DNA from: Escherichia coli
Lineage (GTDB): Bacteria > Pseudomonadota > Gammaproteobacteria > Enterobacterales > Enterobacteriaceae
Length of the DNA: 64,000 bases
Assembly: GCF_044324875.1 (NCBI RefSeq)
Contig: NZ_CP172185.1
Strand: one strand, 5' to 3'
In this document: piece by piece, positions 56,228-64,000 of the stretch
How positions within the stretch are numbered: position 1 is the stretch's first letter
Layout: every line of letters begins with the position of its first letter
Translations under genes and position numbers: made by a program
Notes under the pieces: generated by a model
What the model saw: only the letters and a program-made list of their open reading frames with translations
Told to the model about the DNA's origin: nothing
Databases searched by the model: none

Positions 56228-56986
56228 ATGGATGCACTACAAACACAAACTGTTAATAGTACAACCGCGCCGCAGCCCAACTACATTCCGGGGCTGATTG
56301 CGGTGGTCGGGTGTGATGGCACCGGTAAATCCACGCTGACCACCGACCTGGTGAAATCGCTGCAACAACACTGGCAAACCGAGCGCCGCTATCTGGGGCT
56401 GCTCTCCGGCGAAGACGGCGACAAAATCAAACGATTGCCGTTGGTTGGCGTCTGGCTGGAACGGCGACTGGCGGCCAAATCCTCGAAAACCCAAAGCATG
56501 AAAACCAAATCTCCAGCGCTATGGGCGGCGGTGATTATGTACTGCTTCTCGCTGCGAAGAATGGCGAATCTACGCAAGGTTCAGCGACTGGCGCAAAGTG
56601 GCGTTCTGGTGGTCAGCGATCGCTTCCCGCAGGCTGAAATTTCGGGCTTTTATTATGACGGACCGGGGATCGGCGTCGAACGTGCGACCGGGAAAATCAG
56701 CATGTTTCTGGCGCAGCGCGAACGGCGTTTATACCAAAAAATGGCGCAATACCGTCCTGAATTAATCATTCGTTTGGGGATTGATATTGATACTGCCATC
56801 TCCCGCAAGCCTGACCATGACTATGCCGAGCTGCAGGACAAAATCGGCGTCATGTCGACGATTGGCTATAACGGCACAAAAATTCTTGAGATTGATTCCA
56901 GAGCGCCCTACAGCGAAGTGCTGGAACAGGCACAGAAGGCGGTTTCTCTGGTTGCCATCGTTTCTGACCGCCGAAGTTTAACTTAA
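56228..56986 (+). CDS. yghR: P-loop NTPase of unknown function YghR
   Basis: 252-aa ORF with Walker A (GCDGTGKST) and VSDRFPQ; third paralog. Confidence 0.8.
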   Translation: MDALQTQTVNSTTAPQPNYIPGLIAVVGCDGTGKSTLTTDLVKSLQQHWQTERRYLGLLSGEDGDKIKRLPLVGVWLERRLAAKSSKTQSMKTKSPALWAAVIMYCFSLRRMANLRKVQRLAQSGVLVVSDRFPQAEISGFYYDGPGIGVERATGKISMFLAQRERRLYQKMAQYRPELIIRLGIDIDTAISRKPDHDYAELQDKIGVMSTIGYNGTKILEIDSRAPYSEVLEQAQKAVSLVAIVSDRRSLT

Positions 56987-57031
56987 GGCTGGCGGGATAC
57001 TTTTTACTATCAACGATAAGGTCAGGCTGAA

Positions 57032-58381
57032 TTGGCGGGTTTTAACATCAAACATTGGTTTGCAGATGGCGCGTTTCGCACCATTATTCGCAATAGCGCC
57101 TGGTTAGGCTCCAGTAATGTCGTGAGCGCCTTGCTGGGTCTGTTGGCGCTCTCGTGTGCCGGTAAAGGGATGACGCCCGCCATGTTTGGCGTACTGGTGA
57201 TTGTGCAATCGTACGCCAAGTCGATCAGCGATTTTATTAAGTTTCAGACATGGCAGTTGGTGGTGCAGTACGGAACACCAGCATTAACCAACAATAATCC
57301 ACAGCAATTCCGCAATGTCGTCTCATTTTCCTTCTCGCTGGATATCGTCAGCGGCGCGGTGGCGATTGTCGGCGGCATTGCCTTACTCCCTTTTCTTTCC
57401 CATTCATTAGGTCTGGATGACCAAAGCTTTTGGCTGGCAGCGCTGTATTGCACGCTCATTCCTTCAATGGCTTCCTCCACGCCGACCGGCATTCTGCGTG
57501 CGGTAGATCGCTTCGACTTAATTGCTGTACAGCAGGCGACGAAACCTTTTCTGCGCGCAGCGGGGAGCGTCGTTGCCTGGTATTTTGACTTTGGTTTTGC
57601 GGGTTTTGTTATTGCCTGGTACGCCTCGAATCTTGTTGGCGGCACCATGTACTGGTGGTTTGCCGCACGTGAATTACGCCGCAGAAATATCCATAACGCG
57701 TTCAAATTGAATCTGTTTGAGTCTGCCCGACACATCAAAGGCGCGTGGAGTTTTGTCTGGTCAACCAACATTGCCCATTCCATCTGGTCGGCGCGTAATT
57801 CGTGCAGCACAGTGTTGGTGGGGATCGTGTTAGGACCCGCTGCCGCCGGGTTATTTAAAATCGCCATGACATTCTTCGACGCCGCCGGAACGCCAGCGGG
57901 TTTACTGGGCAAAAGTTTTTACCCAGAGGTGATGCGTTTAGATCCGCGTACCACCAGACCGTGGTTGTTAGGCGTGAAGTCAGGTTTACTGGCGGGCGGA
58001 ATCGGTATTCTGGTGGCGCTCGCGGTGTTGATCGTCGGCAAGCCGCTCATTTCGCTGGTGTTTGGCGTTAAGTATCTCGAAGCGTATGACCTGATTCAGG
58101 TGATGCTGGGCGCAATTGTGATCTCGATGCTGGGCTTCCCTCAGGAGTCATTGCTATTGATGGCGGGAAAACAGCGCGCTTTTCTCGTGGCGCAAACCAT
58201 CGCCTCAATCGGCTACATCGTATTGCTGTTCATGTTCTGTCATCTGTTTGGCGTGCTGGGGGCTGCATTTGCTTACTTCGGTGGGCAATGTCTGGATGTG
58301 GTGTTCTCGCTAATTCCGACCTTAAAGGCATTTTTTCAGCGCCATTCCTTGCTTTATAACTCAGCCGGAGAGAAATCCTGA
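57032..58381 (+). CDS. yghQ: Polytopic inner membrane protein, Wzx/MOP-flippase-like (YghQ)
   Basis: 449-aa ORF, hydrophobic throughout with many predicted transmembrane segments; the ORF-track start is a TTG, so the true start may be an internal ATG (for example about 57170). Confidence 0.7.
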   Translation: MAGFNIKHWFADGAFRTIIRNSAWLGSSNVVSALLGLLALSCAGKGMTPAMFGVLVIVQSYAKSISDFIKFQTWQLVVQYGTPALTNNNPQQFRNVVSFSFSLDIVSGAVAIVGGIALLPFLSHSLGLDDQSFWLAALYCTLIPSMASSTPTGILRAVDRFDLIAVQQATKPFLRAAGSVVAWYFDFGFAGFVIAWYASNLVGGTMYWWFAARELRRRNIHNAFKLNLFESARHIKGAWSFVWSTNIAHSIWSARNSCSTVLVGIVLGPAAAGLFKIAMTFFDAAGTPAGLLGKSFYPEVMRLDPRTTRPWLLGVKSGLLAGGIGILVALAVLIVGKPLISLVFGVKYLEAYDLIQVMLGAIVISMLGFPQESLLLMAGKQRAFLVAQTIASIGYIVLLFMFCHLFGVLGAAFAYFGGQCLDVVFSLIPTLKAFFQRHSLLYNSAGEKS

Positions 58382-59217
58382 TGATGAGAAAATATTTCCC
58401 GCTTGAGGCGAGCGAGCGTCTATTTGTTGCGATTGAAGAAGATGATGTTGTTGATGCACAGGTCAGTTTGCCGCCGACTATCGCACTAAGTTGTACCACC
58501 GAAATCATCCATGATAATTACGCGTTATGCCTGCAATTCTGGCTCAATGGCGTCAATCGCCAGGAGTTACTGCGTTTAATATGCAAACAGGCCAAAGGCG
58601 ATGAGCTGACTGCTGATGAGCGCAAACAATTTAAATACATGCGAGCGCGCTACAAGCACCTGCGTTTTGCGCAACGGCTGTATTTAAAAAAGCATCAGGC
58701 CGGATTTTTATTCGGCAAAACGACCGTTTTTTTGGGGCGTTTTCAGGACGGCTTTCGTAACGGTAAGAAAAATATTGTGTCGTATTACGGCAACCTGTTA
58801 CGGGTTTATTTAAGCTCTCCGGTCTGGTCGTTGGTGAACTATTCATTACGCCATAGCCAGTTAGAAAGCGTAAGCGGTTTTATTGCCTATCGGCAAAAGC
58901 AAATGCATACCCTGAAAGAGATAATTGCCAAACCGCGACTAACTGGCAGGGAATTTCATGATGTGCGAAAAATCATCAGCCAGCAGGTTTCTTATTACGA
59001 CACCTTAAGATCGCTTGATCCTGAAAATAAAGAGGCGTTACTGATTTCCCGTTTTCTCGCCGCCATTAATGGTCTGATGGGGGATAAGCACGACGACATG
59101 GTGGCGGATGATATGGAAAACCGCCAGTCGTATGATGCACCGGTGGCGCTGGATAGCGATATTCGCCAGCGTTTAGAACTGCTGATTTCGCGTTTCCCAC
59201 TCTATCCGGAGCAATAA
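58381..59217 (+). CDS. Hypothetical soluble protein (no recognised domain)
   Basis: 278-aa ORF whose ATG overlaps the yghQ stop (ATGA) and whose stop overlaps the next start (TAATG); no transmembrane segment or signal peptide seen. Confidence 0.6.
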   Translation: MMRKYFPLEASERLFVAIEEDDVVDAQVSLPPTIALSCTTEIIHDNYALCLQFWLNGVNRQELLRLICKQAKGDELTADERKQFKYMRARYKHLRFAQRLYLKKHQAGFLFGKTTVFLGRFQDGFRNGKKNIVSYYGNLLRVYLSSPVWSLVNYSLRHSQLESVSGFIAYRQKQMHTLKEIIAKPRLTGREFHDVRKIISQQVSYYDTLRSLDPENKEALLISRFLAAINGLMGDKHDDMVADDMENRQSYDAPVALDSDIRQRLELLISRFPLYPEQ

Positions 59218-59777
59218 TGCCATCTCGTTGGATTTTCGCTCTGATCATCGCACTCTTAGCGCCAGGCGCGGTGGCACACAATTTCGTCACTGGCAAAACG
59301 GTTACCCCTGTTTATATCCAGGAAGGCGGTGAGTTGCTTCTGAAAAGCGACGACGAAATTCACTACCAAAAGTGGAACAGCACACAGCTGGCGGGAAAAG
59401 TTCGCATTATTCAGTATATCGCCGGGCGTAAGTCGGCGAAGAAAAAGAACTCACTGTTAATTAAAGCGGTTGAAGCGGCAAACTTTCCGCAGGATCGTTT
59501 TCAGCCCACCACCATTGTGAACACCGATGATGCCATTTTTGGTACTGGCTATTTTGTCGTTGGCAAAATCGAAAAAAATAAACGCCGCTATCCGTGGGCG
59601 CAATTCGTTATTGACGGCAATGGACAGGGACGCGTTGCCTGGCGGTTGCCGGAGCAGAGTTCAACCATTCTGGTGCTGAATAAAGACGGGCAAATTCAGT
59701 GGGCAAAGGACGGCAGCCTGACGCCGGAAGAGGTAGATCATGTCATTGCGCTGGCGCAGAAACTGATCAATGAATAA
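59217..59777 (+). CDS. Secreted/periplasmic protein with signal peptide (possibly YtfJ-like)
   Basis: 186-aa ORF with N-terminal signal peptide (MPSRWIFALIIALLAPGAVA); family assignment tentative. Confidence 0.55.
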   Translation: MPSRWIFALIIALLAPGAVAHNFVTGKTVTPVYIQEGGELLLKSDDEIHYQKWNSTQLAGKVRIIQYIAGRKSAKKKNSLLIKAVEAANFPQDRFQPTTIVNTDDAIFGTGYFVVGKIEKNKRRYPWAQFVIDGNGQGRVAWRLPEQSSTILVLNKDGQIQWAKDGSLTPEEVDHVIALAQKLINE

Positions 59778-59807
59778 AAAATTCAAAGGATTGAGGGCGT
59801 TAGCGAG

Positions 59808-60878
59808 ATGAAGCTGGTTGAACACTACATCATGCGTGGTACGCGCCGTCTGGTGTTGATTATCGTCGGTTTTCTGATCTTTATTTTCGCCAGCTACTCC
59901 GCACAGCGTTATCTGACCGAAGCGGCAAATGGGACATTAGCTCTTGATGTTGTGCTGGATATCGTTTTCTACAAAGTGCTGATTGCACTGGAGATGTTGT
60001 TACCTGTTGGACTGTATGTGTCAGTTGGCGTGACGCTAGGGCAGATGTATACCGATTCGGAAATTACCGCTATCTCTGCGGCGGGGGGCAGTCCGGGACG
60101 CTTGTACAAAGCCGTTCTTTATCTGGCGATACCGCTAAGTATTTTTGTCACCCTTCTGTCGATGTATGGTCGTCCGTGGGCTTATGCGCAGATTTATCAA
60201 CTGGAGCAACAGTCACAGTCGGAGCTGGATGTTCGCCAGTTGCGGGCAAAGAAATTTAACACTAACGATAACGGACGAATGATCCTTTCCCAGACGGTTG
60301 ATCAGGATAATAATCGCCTGACTGACGCGCTGATTTATACTTCTACTGCCAATCGAACCCGCATTTTCCGCGCCCGTTCGGTTGATGTGGTTGACCCATC
60401 TCCCGAGAAACCGACCGTTATGTTGCACAACGGGACAGCCTATCTTCTCGATCATCAGGGGCGTGACGACAACGAACAGATCTACCGTCATCTGCAATTA
60501 CATCTGAATCCGCTGGATCAAAGCCCTAACGTCAAACGCAAAGCGAAATCGGTCACGGAGCTGGCGCGCTCCGTCTTTCCAGCCGATCATGCCGAACTGC
60601 AATGGCGACAAAGCCGTGGCCTGACAGCATTGTTGATGGCGCTGCTGGCCATTTCATTAAGTCGGGTAAAACCGCGGCAAGGGCGATTTTCAACATTATT
60701 GCCACTGACGTTGCTGTTTATTGCCATTTTTTATGGCGGCGACGTCTGCCGTACGCTGGTGGCTAACGGCGCGATTCCCCTCATTCCTGGTTTGTGGTTA
60801 GTACCCGGACTCATGCTAATGGGCCTGCTGATGCTGGTCGCACGCGACTTCTCTTTGCTGCAGAAATTTTCCCGATGA
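59808..60878 (+). CDS. YjgP/YjgQ-family permease, LptF paralog
   Basis: 356-aa ORF with the N-terminal helix pair, LG..Y.DSEITA motif, a large periplasmic insert and the RQGRF motif typical of LptF/LptG; location shows it is not the canonical lptF. Confidence 0.8.
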   Translation: MKLVEHYIMRGTRRLVLIIVGFLIFIFASYSAQRYLTEAANGTLALDVVLDIVFYKVLIALEMLLPVGLYVSVGVTLGQMYTDSEITAISAAGGSPGRLYKAVLYLAIPLSIFVTLLSMYGRPWAYAQIYQLEQQSQSELDVRQLRAKKFNTNDNGRMILSQTVDQDNNRLTDALIYTSTANRTRIFRARSVDVVDPSPEKPTVMLHNGTAYLLDHQGRDDNEQIYRHLQLHLNPLDQSPNVKRKAKSVTELARSVFPADHAELQWRQSRGLTALLMALLAISLSRVKPRQGRFSTLLPLTLLFIAIFYGGDVCRTLVANGAIPLIPGLWLVPGLMLMGLLMLVARDFSLLQKFSR

Positions 60879-61954
60879 ATGTTTTCAGTCGCTATTTAAT
60901 CCGTCATCTCTTTCTCGGTTTTGCCGCCGCCGCAGGGCTATTGCTGCCGCTTTTTACCACCTTCAACCTGATTAACGAACTGGATGATGTCAGCCCGGGT
61001 GGTTATCGCTGGACTCAGGCGGTGCTGGTGGTGCTGATGACCTTACCGCGCACACTGGTCGAACTTTCGCCGTTTATCGCATTATTGGGAGGGATTGTTG
61101 GCCTGGGGCAGTTATCGAAAAACAGTGAGCTTACCGCCATTCGCAGCACGGGGTTTTCTATCTTCCGTATTGCACTAGTGGCGCTGGTTGCCGGGATATT
61201 TTGGACTGTTTCGTTAGGCGCGATAGATGAGTGGGTGGCGTCGCCATTGCAGCAACAGGCGCTGCAAATCAAATCGACTGCCACCGCGTTGGGGGAGGAC
61301 GATGACATTACCGGCAATATGCTTTGGGCCAGGCGCGGTAATGAATTTGTGACGGTGAAATCGCTGAACGAGCAGGGCCAGCCTGTGGGCGTGGAGATAT
61401 TTCATTATCGCGACGATCTCTCGCTCGAATCCTACATTTTTGCACGCAGTGCCTCCATTGAAGACGACAAAACGTGGATCCTGCATGGTGTGAATCATAA
61501 AAAATGGTTGAATGGCAAAGAAACGCTGGAAACATCAGATAATCTTGCCTGGCAATCGGCCTTCACCAGTATGAATCTTGAAGAGTTATCGATGCCGGGA
61601 AATACTTTTTCTGTCCGTCAACTTAATCATTACATCCATTATTTGCAGGAAACTGGGCAACCCAGCAGCGAATACCGCCTTGCACTGTGGGAAAAACTGG
61701 GACAACCCATCCTGACCCTGGCGATGATTTTGCTGGCTGTGCCGTTTACCTTTAGTGCCCCGCGTTCGCCTGGGATGGGTAGCCGTCTCGCTGTAGGCGT
61801 CATCGTGGGCTTACTTACCTGGATCAGCTATCAAATCATGGTCAATCTGGGATTGCTATTTGCGTTGAACGCACCTGTTACCGCGCTCGGTTTACCGGTA
61901 GCGTTTGTGCTGGTGGCGTTGAGCCTGGTGTATTGGTATGACAGACAACATTAA
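60875..61954 (+). CDS. YjgP/YjgQ-family permease, LptG paralog
   Basis: ORF 60794..61954 trimmed to MNVFSRYLIRHLFLGF (359 aa), whose ATG overlaps the upstream stop (ATGA); LptG-like motifs (SEL.A..S.G, PRSPGMGSR). Confidence 0.8.
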   Translation: MNVFSRYLIRHLFLGFAAAAGLLLPLFTTFNLINELDDVSPGGYRWTQAVLVVLMTLPRTLVELSPFIALLGGIVGLGQLSKNSELTAIRSTGFSIFRIALVALVAGIFWTVSLGAIDEWVASPLQQQALQIKSTATALGEDDDITGNMLWARRGNEFVTVKSLNEQGQPVGVEIFHYRDDLSLESYIFARSASIEDDKTWILHGVNHKKWLNGKETLETSDNLAWQSAFTSMNLEELSMPGNTFSVRQLNHYIHYLQETGQPSSEYRLALWEKLGQPILTLAMILLAVPFTFSAPRSPGMGSRLAVGVIVGLLTWISYQIMVNLGLLFALNAPVTALGLPVAFVLVALSLVYWYDRQH

Positions 61955-61988
61955 ACCCGCCGTGGCGCAACACCACAGCGGGCTCACA

Positions 61989-63161
61989 TTACTGCTTCAG
62001 AGTAGCGAACGCTTGAATGATGGCATCAATTTGCTCACGACTGTGGGCAGCGTTTACGCTACAGCGCAGCAGCGTGATGCCTGCAGGCGCGGCAGGTGGC
62101 AGGATAAGATTCACATAAACGCCCAGCGAAATAAGCTCGCGCCAGATGCGTAAACCTTCCTCTTTCGAACCGATTATTACTGGCACTACCGGGCTAATAT
62201 GTGAACTTAACTCATAACCCAGTTTTTGCAGACCGTCATACAGATGGTTGGCATTATCCATCAGCTTTTGCCGCAACTCTGGTTGTGTAGCAATGGTTCT
62301 TAACGACGAGCGCACGGTCGCAATGCAGGACGGAGAAGGAGAGGCGGTAAAAATATACGGGCGGCTGCCGTAGCGCAGCACTTCCATCGCTTCCGAACCG
62401 ACAGCAAAACCGCCAATCGAGGCCAGACTTTTACTGAAAGTACCAACGATAATATCCACATCATCTTCAACGCCAACGGCTTCAGCCAGTCCGCGCCCCG
62501 TTGCGCCTAACACGCCAAACGAATGCGCTTCATCGACAATCAAATAACCACCGAGACGACGTTTGATATCAACAATTTCCGCCAGCGGCGCAACGTCACC
62601 GAGCATACTGTAGATGCCTTCAACGATGATAATCGCCTCTTTTGCCCGTTCACCGAGGCGAACCATGCGCCGTTCCAGATCTTTAGCATCGTTATGGCGG
62701 AAACGAATAATTTCCGCGCCACCGAGAGAACAGGCGTCATAAATACTGGCGTGGCTGTCGGCATCCAGTAACACCACGGCGTTATGGTCGGCAAGTGCGC
62801 TGATGACGCCTAAATTAGCGGTATAACCGGTTGAAAAAACGATAGCGGTAGGGCGATTAAAAAACTCGGCGATCTCTTTCTCTAACGCCAGATGCGGCGC
62901 ATAACTGCCGTTTGCCATACGAGAACCGGTGGTGCCGGTGCCTTGGGCCGCTAACGCTGCCTGACCTTCGGCGATGGCATCATGATTGAAGGTTAATCCG
63001 AGATAATTATTGGTCCCGGCCAGAATCACTTTTTTATTGCCGATCCGGCCTTCGGTGGCGGAATACACTTCATCAATACAGGTACCAAACGGCGTTAACC
63101 CGTTGTCACTAAATTGCAGTCGCTCGCCAGCAAGACGCGCATATTTATCGTATAGCCCCAT
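61989..63161 (-). CDS. Serine palmitoyltransferase-like PLP-dependent alpha-oxoamine synthase
   Basis: 390-aa ORF with the PLP-lysine motif GTFSKS (Spt-type; BioF has TFGKG, KBL has GTLGKA) and further blocks recalled from Sphingomonas Spt (AIVFSTGY.ANLG, LDADSHASIYD, VDEAHS, RPYIFTAS, PPA.PAG, LLRCS). Confidence 0.8.
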   Translation of the reverse strand: MGLYDKYARLAGERLQFSDNGLTPFGTCIDEVYSATEGRIGNKKVILAGTNNYLGLTFNHDAIAEGQAALAAQGTGTTGSRMANGSYAPHLALEKEIAEFFNRPTAIVFSTGYTANLGVISALADHNAVVLLDADSHASIYDACSLGGAEIIRFRHNDAKDLERRMVRLGERAKEAIIIVEGIYSMLGDVAPLAEIVDIKRRLGGYLIVDEAHSFGVLGATGRGLAEAVGVEDDVDIIVGTFSKSLASIGGFAVGSEAMEVLRYGSRPYIFTASPSPSCIATVRSSLRTIATQPELRQKLMDNANHLYDGLQKLGYELSSHISPVVPVIIGSKEEGLRIWRELISLGVYVNLILPPAAPAGITLLRCSVNAAHSREQIDAIIQAFATLKQ

Positions 63162-63409
63162 TATTTATTCTCCAGCCATGGAAGTAGTGTTTCCATTAAT
63201 TGCGCAGGGGTTTTGACATCCAGCAGAATATTAATAGGAATGGAAATATCGAATCTGTCTTCCAGCATCATTAAGAGATCCATCACTTTGATCGACTCCA
63301 GGCCAAGATCGTTGACGAGATCGCTGTCGGGCTTAATTTCCACACCGTTTTCGACCAAATCCTGTAAACAGGAAAGGATGTAATCCATTACTATTTCACG
63401 ATTTACCAT
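63161..63409 (-). CDS. Acyl carrier protein (dedicated ACP)
   Basis: 82-aa acidic ORF with the phosphopantetheine-attachment context DLGLESIKVMDL; stop overlaps the Spt-like start (TAATG). True start may be the internal Met at about 63388. Confidence 0.7.
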   Translation of the reverse strand: MVNREIVMDYILSCLQDLVENGVEIKPDSDLVNDLGLESIKVMDLLMMLEDRFDISIPINILLDVKTPAQLMETLLPWLENK

Positions 63410-63440
63410 AGAAACGTTAACACACCTTTAAACAAGACAA

Positions 63441-64000
63441 TCAAAATAGCCCGTTGCGTAATGCGTGTTCCAGGCTAATCCCGGGAAACCAATTAATATC
63501 TTCAGAAATACGGTTATTACTTGCTGACCAGTCGGCGTGGGTTAATTCACGGATTTTCGAGCGGGTCAGCATAGGTTCTTTACCTGCCAGGCGACTCAAC
63601 GTGGTACTGATATCCGCAAGGCAGGTGAGTACCGACAGAGGAATACCAACCATTCGAACGGAACCACAACGGGCGTCGGCGGCAAGCTGTCTTACGCGTT
63701 GCCAGTCATAGCCGCCGGCGACGCCATCGCATAATTCATAGGTTTGCGTCTGTACAGTTTCGGCGCTTAACCACTGCCCCACGGCTTGCGCGAAATCGGT
63801 GACGTGCAGGAAAGAGAGCTGTGTATCTGGCGCACCAAGTCGTGGCAGTAGGCCGCGCAGCATCCAGTCAAACAGCGGTTTTAACTCTTTATCGCCGGGA
63901 CCATACACGGCTGTCGGGCGAAAAATGCCCAGCGTAATTTCGTCAGCCATTGCGGTCAGTCGTTGTTCGGCGACGTGTTTGGAATTTGCGTACCAGGAGA
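63441..64000 (-). CDS. NAD(P)-dependent epimerase/dehydratase-family reductase, 3' portion (gene runs off the window)
   Basis: Frame is open to the window edge; only the C-terminal part is present, resembling extended-SDR epimerase/reductase proteins. N-terminal Rossmann region lies beyond 64000. Confidence 0.55.
   Translation of the reverse strand, partial: SWYANSKHVAEQRLTAMADEITLGIFRPTAVYGPGDKELKPLFDWMLRGLLPRLGAPDTQLSFLHVTDFAQAVGQWLSAETVQTQTYELCDGVAGGYDWQRVRQLAADARCGSVRMVGIPLSVLTCLADISTTLSRLAGKEPMLTRSKIRELTHADWSASNNRISEDINWFPGISLEHALRNGLF

Noticed and set aside
57244-57912. 222-aa minus-strand ORF inside yghQ
   Set aside because: Antisense to the membrane protein gene; Ala/Pro-rich non-coding-like translation.

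Overview
This window is an Escherichia coli-type chromosomal segment, collinear in reverse orientation with the K-12 region from ygiC/tolC through parE, qseBC, parC, metC-exbBD and the hyb hydrogenase-2 operon to pitB/yghTSRQ. All gene identities are from reading the translated ORFs and from memory of the protein families; no database search was run. Against my recollection of K-12, the window differs in five places: (1) an assT-dsbL-dsbI sulfotransferase/disulfide-oxidase module beside ygiC; (2) a roughly 7.2 kb iron-uptake-like island between parE and ygiN (TonB-dependent receptor, five-gene ABC importer operon, RpiR/SIS regulator); (3) no mqsR-mqsA-ygiS between ygiV and parC; (4) no ygiZ between mdaB and qseC; (5) beyond yghQ, an intact operon with LptF/LptG paralogs that converges on a serine-palmitoyltransferase-like gene, an acyl carrier protein and a partial NAD-dependent reductase. 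I read (5) as a candidate bacterial sphingolipid (ceramide-type) synthesis and export locus running off the window edge; it is the most interesting part. No tRNA, rRNA, CRISPR array, intact IS element or prophage gene was seen. Coordinates for short regulatory elements were counted by hand and may be off by a base or two.
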